From assembly GCA_038042325.1 (NCBI GenBank), contig JBBTEL010000032.1, positions 2,967-35,910 of the forward strand: 32,944 bases of DNA, read 5' to 3'. Positions 1 through 11,040 of this stretch are shown here, in pieces (position 1 is the stretch's first letter; every line of letters begins with the position of its first letter). The stretch comes from Candidatus Methylomirabilota bacterium (GTDB lineage Bacteria > Methylomirabilota > Methylomirabilia > Rokubacteriales > CSP1-6). Both the position numbers and the translations under genes were made by a program. The notes under the pieces were generated by a model, which was not told the origin of the DNA, did not search any database, and saw only the letters and a program-made list of their open reading frames with translations.

Positions 1-68
1 TCTATGCGTCGCGCGAAGAGCTCGAGCGCCTGGTCGAGCAGATCTCGGGGAGCCGCCTGAAGCCGTGA
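1..68 (+). CDS. 3' end of an unidentified gene entering from the left edge (partial)
   Basis: The frame starting at base 3 is open from the window edge to TGA at 66-68 (...YASREELERLVEQISGSRLKP*). Its GC3-rich codon usage matches the neighbouring genes. Too short to name. Confidence 0.3.
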   Translation, partial: YASREELERLVEQISGSRLKP

Positions 69-109
69 TGAGGGAGTCGCATTCAGCGCGAGTGACCCGG
101 CTCGCGCTC

Positions 110-179
110 GTTCGAGCGCGGGCTCGGCCCGCGCAACCCTTGGGGGGAGGTGTCGGAAGGGGGGCGGAGCCCCCCTCCG
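110..179. repeat. REP-like two-hairpin intergenic element, copy 1
   Basis: About 70 nt aligning at roughly 80% identity with 8896-8969. Hairpin 1 is GCGCGGGC (116-123) / GCCCGCGC (127-134). Hairpin 2 is GGGGGGC (159-165) / GCCCCCC (169-175). It ends 5 nt before the mnmA ATG. Confidence 0.6.
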
Positions 180-183
180 AGAT

Positions 184-1269
184 ATGATGCAGCGCATCGT
201 CGTCGGGATGAGCGGCGGCGTCGATTCATCGGTGGCCGCCGCGCTCCTGGTCGAGCAGGGGCACGACGTCGTGGGGGTGACGCTCCGCGTGTGGCCGTGG
301 CAGGAGCCCGAGGACGCGCCCCGGCGCTTCGGCAGCTGCTGCTCGCCCCAGACCGTGGACGACGCGCGGCAGGTCGCGCGCCGGCTGGGGATCCCGTACT
401 ACCTGCTCAACTCGGAGCGCGAGTTCGACCGGACGGTCATTGACAACTTCGCCCGCGAGTACCGAGCGGGACGAACCCCGGTGCCCTGCGTGGTCTGCAA
501 CCAGGAGGTCAAGTTCGGGTCGCTCCTCAGGCGGGCGCGCGCGTGGGAGGCGACGGCGGTCGCCACGGGCCACTACGCGCGCCTGGGGCGGGATCCCGAG
601 ACCGGCCGGCACCTCTTGTTCCGCGGGCGGGATCCCAGGAAGGACCAGTCGGACTTTCTGTGGCCGCTGACCCAGGCGCAGCTCGCCGCGGCTGAATTCC
701 CCGTCGGCGCGCTGACCAAGGAGGAGGTGCGGGCCAAGGCCCGCGCCCTCGGGCTTCCCGTGGCGGACAAGCCCGAGAGCATGGAGATCTGCTTCATTCC
801 CGATGACGACTACCGGGGGTTCCTGCGGCGCCGGATTCCCGAGGCGTTCCGTCCCGGTCCGATCGTGGATCGCGCGGGGCGGTGGCTGGGAGAGCACCGG
901 GGACTCGCGGCCTACACCGTGGGCCAGCGGCGCGGCCTCGGCCTGACCTCCGAGCGCCCCCTCTACGTGCTCGCGCTGGACCCGGAGCGGAACGCCGTCG
1001 TCGTGGGCGAGGCGGAGGGCCTCGAGAGCGAGTGCCTCGTGGCGGCCGAGGCCAATTTCATCCCGTTCGACTGGCCGCGCGGGGAGCTGCGGGTGACGGC
1101 TAAGATCCGCCACGGCCACGCGTCGGCCCCGGCGGTGGTCCGGCCGCTGGGGGAGCGGCGCGTGGAGGTCCGCTTCGACGAGCCCCAGCGCGCCGTGACC
1201 CCGGGGCAGTCGGTGGTGTTCTACGACGGGGAGCAGGTGATCGGGGGCGGAATCATCACCAGGCCTTGA
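184..1269 (+). CDS. mnmA: tRNA-specific 2-thiouridylase MnmA (tRNA U34 2-thiolation)
   Basis: 361-aa ORF with the N-terminal PP-loop GMSGGVDSSVAA. Conserved MnmA blocks (RTPVPCVVCN, KDQSDFLW, ESMEICF, TPGQSVVFYD) and the length are typical of the family. Confidence 0.95.
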   Translation: MMQRIVVGMSGGVDSSVAAALLVEQGHDVVGVTLRVWPWQEPEDAPRRFGSCCSPQTVDDARQVARRLGIPYYLLNSEREFDRTVIDNFAREYRAGRTPVPCVVCNQEVKFGSLLRRARAWEATAVATGHYARLGRDPETGRHLLFRGRDPRKDQSDFLWPLTQAQLAAAEFPVGALTKEEVRAKARALGLPVADKPESMEICFIPDDDYRGFLRRRIPEAFRPGPIVDRAGRWLGEHRGLAAYTVGQRRGLGLTSERPLYVLALDPERNAVVVGEAEGLESECLVAAEANFIPFDWPRGELRVTAKIRHGHASAPAVVRPLGERRVEVRFDEPQRAVTPGQSVVFYDGEQVIGGGIITRP

Positions 1270-1293
1270 CAGTTTTCCGGCCCTCGTGATACT
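1266..1293 (+). promoter_or_regulatory. Candidate sigma70-type promoter for the atp operon
   Basis: TTGACA (1266-1271, overlapping the mnmA stop codon), 16-nt spacer, GATACT (1288-1293), about 60 nt upstream of the atpF ATG. Confidence 0.4.
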
Positions 1294-1352
1294 TGTCTAG
1301 TGTTTTGCTTGCTCCTCTTTTCACAACGCCTTCGGCCTGGAGAATTTCACGC

Positions 1353-1919
1353 ATGTCTAAGCTCGTAGGAGGACTCGTCGTCCTGTTGGGCCTGCTCCCC
1401 GGCGCGGCGCTGGCCTCAGAAGGGGGCGGGAGCTTCATCAATCTGGACCGATCCCTCCTGATCCAAGTCGTCAACTTCGTTCTCCTCCTGTTTTTCCTCT
1501 GGAAGTTTCTCTACCGGCCCTTCCTGGCCAAGCTCGACGAGCGCTCCCAGGCGATCAAGAAGTCGCTCTCGGAGGCGCAGGCGGCGCAGGCGGAAGCCGA
1601 GCGCCAGCGGGAGGAGCACCGGAAGCAGCTCCAGGCGGCCTACGCCGAGGCCCAGTCGATTCGCGAGGCGGCGCTCAAGGAGGCGGCGGAGGAGCAGCGG
1701 CGGCTCGTGGAGGCCGCCCGCGCCGAAGCGGGTCGGCTCGTGGAGGGTGCGCGCGCGGAGGTCGAGCAGGATGTCCGGCGGGCCCGACAGGAGCTCCGCC
1801 AGGAGGTGGCCGACCTGGCGGTCTCGGCGGCGGAGCGGCTCATCCGGAAGAGCCTTCGCGGCGAGGAGCACAAGAAGATCGTCACCGACGCCATCGCCGA
1901 GCTCGAGCGGACCCGATGA
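1353..1919 (+). CDS. atpF: F0F1 ATP synthase subunit b
   Basis: The listed ORF starts at a TTG at 1293. The ATG at 1353 is preferred because GGAG lies about 10 nt upstream. N-terminal hydrophobic segments are followed by a long charged Ala/Glu/Arg-rich helix (AQAAQAEAERQREEH...), which is b-subunit architecture. Position is first in the atp cluster. Confidence 0.85.
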   Translation: MSKLVGGLVVLLGLLPGAALASEGGGSFINLDRSLLIQVVNFVLLLFFLWKFLYRPFLAKLDERSQAIKKSLSEAQAAQAEAERQREEHRKQLQAAYAEAQSIREAALKEAAEEQRRLVEAARAEAGRLVEGARAEVEQDVRRARQELRQEVADLAVSAAERLIRKSLRGEEHKKIVTDAIAELERTR

Positions 1920-1986
1920 TTGCGCCGGCAAAGCCGGCGCTCGAACAGGCGATGAGGCGAAACACGAGGAGGGAGAAGGTAGCCCG

Positions 1987-2532
1987 ATGAGGCAGCAGGA
2001 GGCCACGGCCAGGCGATACGCCAAGGCCCTCTTCGGCGTGGCGCGGGAGGCGGGACGGCTCGATGTGGTGGGCGACGAGCTGGCCCGGGTGCTCGAGGTC
2101 CTGGCCGCCGAGCGCCGACTCCAGGAATTTTTGAGCCGGCCCTGGATCAAGGGCGCGGCGAAGAAGTCGGTCACGATGGGGGTCGCTGAGCAACTGGGCT
2201 GTTCCCCGCTGGTCCGGGACTTCATCGGACTCGTGGCTCAGCGGGGACGCACGGATCATCTGACGGAGATCGCGCGGGCGTACCGGAGCCTGCTCGATGC
2301 CGAGCGCGGGCAGGTGCGTGCTCAGGTCCGGAGCGCGGTCGCGCTCGGCGAGGCGGAGCGGGGGCAGCTGGCCGCGTGTCTGGCGCGAATGGCGGGCAAA
2401 GAGGTCATCGTCGAGGCCCGGGTGGACTCGAGCCTCCTCGGGGGGTTCGTGGCGCAGATCGGCAGCCTCGTAGTGGACGGCAGTCTCGACGGGCAGCTCG
2501 CGCGGATGCGCGAGCGCCTCGTGAGGGGATAG
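1987..2532 (+). CDS. atpH: F0F1 ATP synthase subunit delta (OSCP)
   Basis: Internal ATG at 1987 of ORF 1747-2532. The N-terminus is MRQQEATARRYAKALFGVA... and the C-terminal block is VDSSLLGGFVAQIGSLVVDGSLDGQL, typical of delta/OSCP. It lies between atpF and atpA. Confidence 0.85.
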   Translation: MRQQEATARRYAKALFGVAREAGRLDVVGDELARVLEVLAAERRLQEFLSRPWIKGAAKKSVTMGVAEQLGCSPLVRDFIGLVAQRGRTDHLTEIARAYRSLLDAERGQVRAQVRSAVALGEAERGQLAACLARMAGKEVIVEARVDSSLLGGFVAQIGSLVVDGSLDGQLARMRERLVRG

Positions 2533-4062
<1,530 letters not shown>

Positions 4063-4271
4063 CCGTGCCGACAACCGTCGCACGACCCGCTTCGCGGGTG
4101 CCCGCCGAGGATCGCCTTCGGCGACTGATCAGCGCTCGGTCGTCGGCCATCGTTCCTTTGCGGGCACCGAGTCCCGCCGCAGGCGGGCTTGGTCGTACGC
4201 CTCCGGTGGCCTCCTCCCTCGGGCCTTGGGCTGCTCGGTTCTCGGCCCGGTTCGAACAGGACTGACCGGCT

Positions 4272-6582
<2,311 letters not shown>

Positions 6583-6587
6583 CTCCG

Positions 6588-7007
6588 GTGGCCGAGCCGC
6601 GCGCGCGCTTCGAGCTGGCGACGCCGAACCGCCTCGTTGTCTCCGAGGACGTGGATGAAGTGGTGGCGCCGGGCCTCCAGGGCTACTTCGGCGTCCTCCC
6701 GGGGCACGTGCCCTTCCTGACCTCACTCCAGAGCGGGGAAGTCTCCTACCGGATCGGCCGCACCGAGCAGTACCTGGCCGTGAGCGGCGGGTTCGCCGAG
6801 GTGCAGGGGGACCGCGTGACGATCCTCGCCGAGCGCGCCGAGCGGCCGGAGGAGATCGATCGCGAGCGGGCCCTACGGGCGCGCCAGCGCGCCGAGCGGC
6901 GGCTTCAGGGCAAGACCCAGGAAGAGATCGACTACACGCGCGCCCTGGCGGCGTTCTCCCGGGCGCTCGCCCGCCTGCAGGTGGCCGGCCGGGTTCCTTC
7001 GCGCTAG
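6588..7007 (+). CDS. atpC: F0F1 ATP synthase subunit epsilon
   Basis: GTG start 6 nt after atpD; 139 aa. Contains epsilon-type N-terminal beta-sandwich motifs (VVAPGLQGYFGVLPGHVPFLTSL). Its last ~20 codons lie inside the left copy of the direct repeat. Confidence 0.9.
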   Translation: MAEPRARFELATPNRLVVSEDVDEVVAPGLQGYFGVLPGHVPFLTSLQSGEVSYRIGRTEQYLAVSGGFAEVQGDRVTILAERAERPEEIDRERALRARQRAERRLQGKTQEEIDYTRALAAFSRALARLQVAGRVPSR

Positions 7008-7110
7008 GCCGCCGCCCCGGCCGCTCTGCACACTCTCCGGGGCAGCCCCGCCCCGGGCCTGCACAGCCCGGCGTGCACCCACCGGTCGCCCCGCCCGCCA
7101 TCTCTCCGTC
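6943..7110. repeat. Direct repeat, left copy (atpC 3' end plus 103 bp downstream)
   Basis: 168 bp that recur at 8819-9060. There are two alignable blocks (71 bp and 87 bp) with about 11 substitutions by manual count. The middle 10 bp (7014-7023) is replaced by 84 bp in the right copy. Confidence 0.9.
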
Positions 7111-7171
7111 GGTTGGGGCCGGTGGTGCTGGCCCCGAGTGAAGTTGAAGGCATTCTTACGCTGAAGACACC

Positions 7172-7198
7172 AAGGGGGCCGGAAGGTCCGACCCCCTT
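7172..7198. terminator. Hairpin downstream of the small minus-strand ORF
   Basis: AAGGGGG (7172-7178) pairs with CCCCCTT (7192-7198), with an inner CGGA/TCCG stem. It lies 26 nt beyond the stop of ORF 7224-7508. There is no clear U-tract. Confidence 0.35.
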
Positions 7199-7223
7199 AG
7201 ATGGGCAGCCCTGAGCTGTAGTT

Positions 7224-7508
7224 CTAGGCCATGTCGGTATTCACGTCGAGATCCGGCCCGTCGGGAACACCGTTCCGGTCATTACACTCCGGCTTGAAGC
7301 GGAAATACAAGGCGCGCTCCGCCCCATCACGATCTTCCTCTCCCGCGACAGCTGCCCACGCCACATAGCAGCTGAACTGATTCACCTTCCCGCGAACGCA
7401 TTTGTTGTCGCTGTGGGTAGCGTGTTGGTCGATGCGCTCGCGAAGCTTTTCGGCGAAACCATCTCCGATGACCCGGAAAATACCAGGAAATGAACGGGGT
7501 GTCAACAT
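7224..7508 (-). CDS. Hypothetical small protein (94 aa), divergent from fic
   Basis: ATG-initiated ORF with plausible codon usage inside the cassette. It has no recognisable motif and no clear Shine-Dalgarno sequence, so coding status is uncertain. Confidence 0.3.
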   Translation of the reverse strand: MLTPRSFPGIFRVIGDGFAEKLRERIDQHATHSDNKCVRGKVNQFSCYVAWAAVAGEEDRDGAERALYFRFKPECNDRNGVPDGPDLDVNTDMA

Positions 7509-7622
7509 CTAACACATCAGAGCCGATATTAGTGATAAAAAGCCTTTAAAATTAACATTATAGATGTATTATTTAATGGGCATTGACATAGAAACGACTG
7601 TATACTAGAACATACGATCAAG
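7509..7622. promoter_or_regulatory. AT-rich divergent promoter region of the cassette
   Basis: The most AT-rich stretch in the window. A candidate promoter is TTGACA (7583-7588), 17 nt, TAGAAC (7606-7611), reading toward fic. Confidence 0.3.
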
Positions 7623-8810
7623 ATGATCCGCTACGAGACACCTGGAAATTGGATTCGCTACGATGGCCCCGCCCTGACCAACGCGCTGGCCGAGGCGAAG
7701 TCCGTTGTTCTTTCCCTCAAGACGGTTCCGTACCAGCGGCGCTGGGTCGAGCGCCTGCAGCAGATGGAGCTAAAGCGTGAGGTTGCCGGTACCTCTCGCA
7801 TTGAAGGGGCTGAGTTCACGGAACGGGAACTTGATGCAGCGATGAGAGAGACGCCGGAACAACTTGTCACGCGCTCGCAGAGACAGGCCCATGCCGCGGT
7901 AAAGACATATAGGTGGATTTCGAAGCTCCCGCACGACAGACCGGTTACCGTCGAGCTAATTTGCGCGATCCATCGACAGATCGTTTCGGGAGCCGATGAC
8001 GATCACTGCCCACCGGGACAGTTACGAGAACGCGACCAAAATGTGAACTTTGGGAGCCCCCGCCATCGTGGCGCCGAGGGGGGACAGGAGTGTGAGCGGG
8101 CCTTCGCGGATTTCGCAAAGGCGATCCAACACGAGTATCGTGACCACGATCCCATTGTTCAGGCGCTCGCGGCCCACTATCACTTGGCGGCTATGCACCC
8201 GTTCCTTGATGGGAATGGCCGAACGGCCCGCGCGCTTGAGGCCCTGATGTTGCAGCGTGCCGGGTTAAGGGATACGGCCTTTATTGCGATGTCGAACTAT
8301 TACTACGACGAGAAGAGTGCGTACCTCGCCACCTTGGCGGAGGTCCGTCAAAAAGATCACGACTTAACATCGTTCCTTCAATTCGCGCTCAAGGGCGTCG
8401 CACTTCAGAGTCAACGGCTGTTGACGGAAATTCAGCATGAGATTTCCAAGGAACTTTTCCGCAACCTCATGGTGGATTTGTTCACGCGGTTGAAGACGCC
8501 GCGCAAGCGAGTTATTGCCGAACGCCAGCTGGAGATCTTGAGAATCCTTCTTGAGGTCGAGTGGATGGACTGGCAACAACTTATTAGACAGACATCGGGA
8601 ATCTATGCGTCCTTGAAGACCCCCCTGAAAGCGATTGTGCGAGACGTGAATAATCTAAGCAGCTTGAATGCGATCAGAGTTGAAAAACTGGAAGAAGGTG
8701 GGTACCGACTTCGTGTTCGGTTGGAATGGCCAACGGAAATTACGGAAACAGACTTTTTTAGAAAGGCAAGGGAGCTCCCCAAAGCGAAAACGCTTTCGTT
8801 CCTGCATTGA
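7623..8810 (+). CDS. Fic family protein (class II: N-terminal inhibitory helix, Fic core, C-terminal wHTH-like region)
   Basis: Canonical Fic active-site motif HPFLDGNGRTAR. An upstream (S/T)xxxE(G/N) inhibitory motif, TSRIEG, is present in the same polypeptide. 395 aa is typical of Fic_N plus Fic proteins. Confidence 0.9.
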   Translation: MIRYETPGNWIRYDGPALTNALAEAKSVVLSLKTVPYQRRWVERLQQMELKREVAGTSRIEGAEFTERELDAAMRETPEQLVTRSQRQAHAAVKTYRWISKLPHDRPVTVELICAIHRQIVSGADDDHCPPGQLRERDQNVNFGSPRHRGAEGGQECERAFADFAKAIQHEYRDHDPIVQALAAHYHLAAMHPFLDGNGRTARALEALMLQRAGLRDTAFIAMSNYYYDEKSAYLATLAEVRQKDHDLTSFLQFALKGVALQSQRLLTEIQHEISKELFRNLMVDLFTRLKTPRKRVIAERQLEILRILLEVEWMDWQQLIRQTSGIYASLKTPLKAIVRDVNNLSSLNAIRVEKLEEGGYRLRVRLEWPTEITETDFFRKARELPKAKTLSFLH

Positions 8811-8820
8811 ATCGTCTCCC

Positions 8821-8883
8821 CTGACGGCGTTCTCCCGGGCGCTCGCCCGCCTGCAGGTGGCCGGCCGGGGTCCGTCCCGCTAA
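8821..8883 (+). pseudogene. Duplicated 3'-terminal fragment of atpC (20 codons plus stop)
   Basis: Encodes LTAFSRALARLQVAGRGPSR*, against LAAFSRALARLQVAGRVPSR* at the real atpC end. No upstream atpC sequence is attached. Confidence 0.8.
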
Positions 8884-8895
8884 GCCGCCCGTTCT

Positions 8896-8969
8896 GTTCG
8901 AGCGCGGGCTTTGCCCGCGCAACCTAGTGGGGGAGGTCTCGGAGGGGGGCCGTCGAGGCCCCATCCGAT
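8896..8969. repeat. REP-like two-hairpin element, copy 2 (nested in the right repeat copy)
   Basis: Hairpin 1 is GCGCGGGC (8902-8909) / GCCCGCGC (8913-8920), the same stem as copy 1 with a different loop. Hairpin 2 is GGGGCC (8946-8951) / GGCCCC (8957-8962), with the stem retained using different bases. Confidence 0.6.
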
Positions 8970-9107
8970 TAGGCTCTGCACACTCTCCGGGGCAGCGCGC
9001 CCCCAGGCCTGCACAGCCCGGCGTGCACCTCCCGGTCGCCCCGCCCGCCATCTCTCCGTCACCGTGAGCGCCTCCTCCTGGCACGGCGATTGCCCCCACT
9101 CCGGGCC

Positions 9108-9494
9108 ATGGCCACGGTGCTCATCGTGGACGACGAGCCGCCGATCGTGGAACTGGTGCGCTTCACGCTGGAGGACGAGCACGTGCGTGTGCTCGAGGCG
9201 GGCGACGGTCTCGAAGCGCTGGAGGTGGCGTTCGCCGAGCGGCCCGACCTCATTTTTCTCGACGTCCAGCTGCCGCGCCTGAACGGCTTCGAGGTCTGCC
9301 GGCGGCTCCGGCTGGAGCCGGGGCTCGAGAAAACGAGGATCGTCATGCTCACCGCCGCCAGCCAGGCGCAGGACCTGGCCCGGGGGCGCGCCGCCGGGGC
9401 CGATCTCTACCTGACCAAGCCGTTTTCTCCCCTCCGGCTCCTCACCCTCGTGTCGTCCCTCCTTCCCGAGGTCCCGCTGTGGCCGGAGCGGTAG
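9108..9494 (+). CDS. Single-domain response regulator (CheY-like receiver)
   Basis: MATVLIVDDEP..., with the phospho-acceptor context DLIFLDVQLPRLNG, then VMLTA and LTKPF. The ATG at 9108 is preferred over the TTG at 9090. Confidence 0.85.
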   Translation: MATVLIVDDEPPIVELVRFTLEDEHVRVLEAGDGLEALEVAFAERPDLIFLDVQLPRLNGFEVCRRLRLEPGLEKTRIVMLTAASQAQDLARGRAAGADLYLTKPFSPLRLLTLVSSLLPEVPLWPER

Positions 9495-10174
9495 AGACCT
9501 CCGAGGATCTCCGGCTCGCCTACACGCGCCTCCGGGCGGCCTACCAGCAGTCCCTCCGCTACGCGTGCGACCTCAAGAGCATTCACGACCGGCTCCAGCG
9601 GGCGTTCCTCCAGAGCCTGCTGGGACTGGCCAACGCCCTGGAGGCGAAAGATCCGTACACGCGTGGCCACTCCGAGCGCGTCGCGGGCCTGGCCCAGCGA
9701 CTGGCCTGCCGCCTCGGCTTCTCCCCGAGCGAGGCGCGGGTCATCGCCCAGGCCGGGCTCCTCCACGACCTGGGGAAGATCGGGATCCCCGAGTCGGTCT
9801 TGCGCAAGCCCGGTCCCCTGACCGGGGAGGAGTGGGCGCTGATGCGCGAGCACCCCGTCGTGGGAGCGCGGATCGTGGCCCCACTCGAGTTCTTCTCGGA
9901 CGGCGCGCTGATCATCCGCCATCACCACGAGCGGCAGGACGGCAGCGGCTACCCGGCGGGGCTCGCGGGCGGAGCCATTCCGCTCGGCGCGCGTATCGTG
10001 GCGGTGGCCGATGTCTACGACGCCCTGACGTCGGAGCGCCCGTATCGCCGGAGCCTCGAGCGAATGGAGGCGCTCCGCCGGATCGAAGCCGCGGCCGAGC
10101 GTCTGCTCGACGCCGGGATCGTCTCCGCCTTCCTCCGGCTCGTGACCGATGGATGCCCTGACGCGCCCCTTTGA
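9479..10174 (+). CDS. HD-GYP domain phosphodiesterase (c-di-GMP/cyclic dinucleotide hydrolase family)
   Basis: Motifs HSERV, LLHDLGKIGIP and HHHERQDGSGYPAGL. GTG start overlapping the receiver gene by 16 nt. Confidence 0.88.
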   Translation: MAGAVETSEDLRLAYTRLRAAYQQSLRYACDLKSIHDRLQRAFLQSLLGLANALEAKDPYTRGHSERVAGLAQRLACRLGFSPSEARVIAQAGLLHDLGKIGIPESVLRKPGPLTGEEWALMREHPVVGARIVAPLEFFSDGALIIRHHHERQDGSGYPAGLAGGAIPLGARIVAVADVYDALTSERPYRRSLERMEALRRIEAAAERLLDAGIVSAFLRLVTDGCPDAPL

Positions 10175-10976
10175 CCCGGAACGGCCGCCCCACGGCCCAC
10201 TCGTTCCATTCCGGCTGGCGATTCTGGTCCCGTTTGGGGGTGCCGGCCTGCTCGCGGTGGCCGCCGGCCATGCCGGCGTGCTGTCCCTCGAGGTCATGAG
10301 GGTCGTCGGCGTGGGGAGTTTTCACGGCGGGCTCTTGGCGGCCTCGCTGGCAGCCGCCTGGGAGGGGTCGCCGGGCTGGGGCCCTGCGGCCGGGGGACTG
10401 GCGCTCTCCCTCCTGATCGCCGCCGGGGCCTGCGCCGCGCTGCCGTGGGGATGTCTCGGTTACGTTCTCCCGCCGATCCTGCTGGCGTGCGTGGCGCTCC
10501 GCCGCGGCGAGTGCCGCCGGATGGGGCTTGGGGCCGGGACTCCCTGGGCGGCCCTCGGCCTCGGCGCGGCCGTGGGAGGGTTTCTCGGCGCCCACCTGCT
10601 CCTGTCGGCCTCGCGGACGTTCGGCTACCCTGTCCGCGTGGGCCCGCTGGCCTGGCACCTGAGCGCCCTCCTCTACGACGTCGGCGCCAACGTCCTGTCG
10701 GCGGAGTGCTTCTTCCGCGGGACGCTGTTCAACCGCTGGCAGCGGCGGTGGGGCTTTTGGCCGGGGGCCCTGGCGGCGACCGGGCTCTCGCTCCTCCGGT
10801 ATCTCGTGGATCCCGCCCTGCCGCGCGTGGTGGAGTTGATGATTGGAGCGGTGTTCTACCTCGCGCTCCTGTCGCTCTCGGGCTGCGCGCTCCTCTGGTA
10901 TTCGGGGAGCCTCCTGCCGTCCCTGGCCGCCGCGCTCGCGTTCTTCGGGGCGTACCGGACGCTCCAGGTGCGGTGA
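10149..10976 (+). CDS. Polytopic membrane protein, CPBP (CAAX protease/Abi)-like but with degenerate catalytic motifs
   Basis: About 7-8 hydrophobic segments. Motif 1-like AECFFRGTLF (versus EExxxR). The positions expected for FxxxH and HxxxN read SLLRYLVD and AAALAFFGAY. Overlaps the HD-GYP gene by 26 nt; the start is uncertain. Confidence 0.5.
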   Translation: MDALTRPFDPERPPHGPLVPFRLAILVPFGGAGLLAVAAGHAGVLSLEVMRVVGVGSFHGGLLAASLAAAWEGSPGWGPAAGGLALSLLIAAGACAALPWGCLGYVLPPILLACVALRRGECRRMGLGAGTPWAALGLGAAVGGFLGAHLLLSASRTFGYPVRVGPLAWHLSALLYDVGANVLSAECFFRGTLFNRWQRRWGFWPGALAATGLSLLRYLVDPALPRVVELMIGAVFYLALLSLSGCALLWYSGSLLPSLAAALAFFGAYRTLQVR

Positions 10977-11040
10977 GTCCTTTGCGGTCCGGCGATGCGT
11001 TCCTCGTAAGTAACCCCGGGGGCGATCGAGCCGAGCGAGG

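Larger units (their letters stand above)
7111..8818. mobile_element. 1.7-kb AT-richer insertion (Fic cassette) between the two repeat copies; no integrase or transposase
   Basis: Bounded exactly by the repeat copies. Base composition is visibly lower in GC than the flanks, with a very AT-rich stretch at 7509-7622. The content is unrelated to either the atp or the signalling genes. Confidence 0.7.
8819..9060. repeat. Direct repeat, right copy (contains an extra 84-bp segment)
   Basis: Aligns with 6943-7110. Segment 8890-8973 has no counterpart in the left copy and carries the REP-like element. Confidence 0.9.

Noticed and set aside
4063-4271. The atpA-atpG spacer as a third, inverted copy of the REP-like element.
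   Set aside because: The reverse complement shares only CTGTTCGA and a GGAGG-rich patch with the element. The two characteristic hairpins are not reproduced.
8668-8883. 71-aa ORF spanning the fic 3' end and the duplicated atpC terminus.
   Set aside because: It is an out-of-frame reading of the fic 3' end that happens to run into the atpC remnant frame. Only the last 20 codons (the duplicated atpC fragment) are meaningful.
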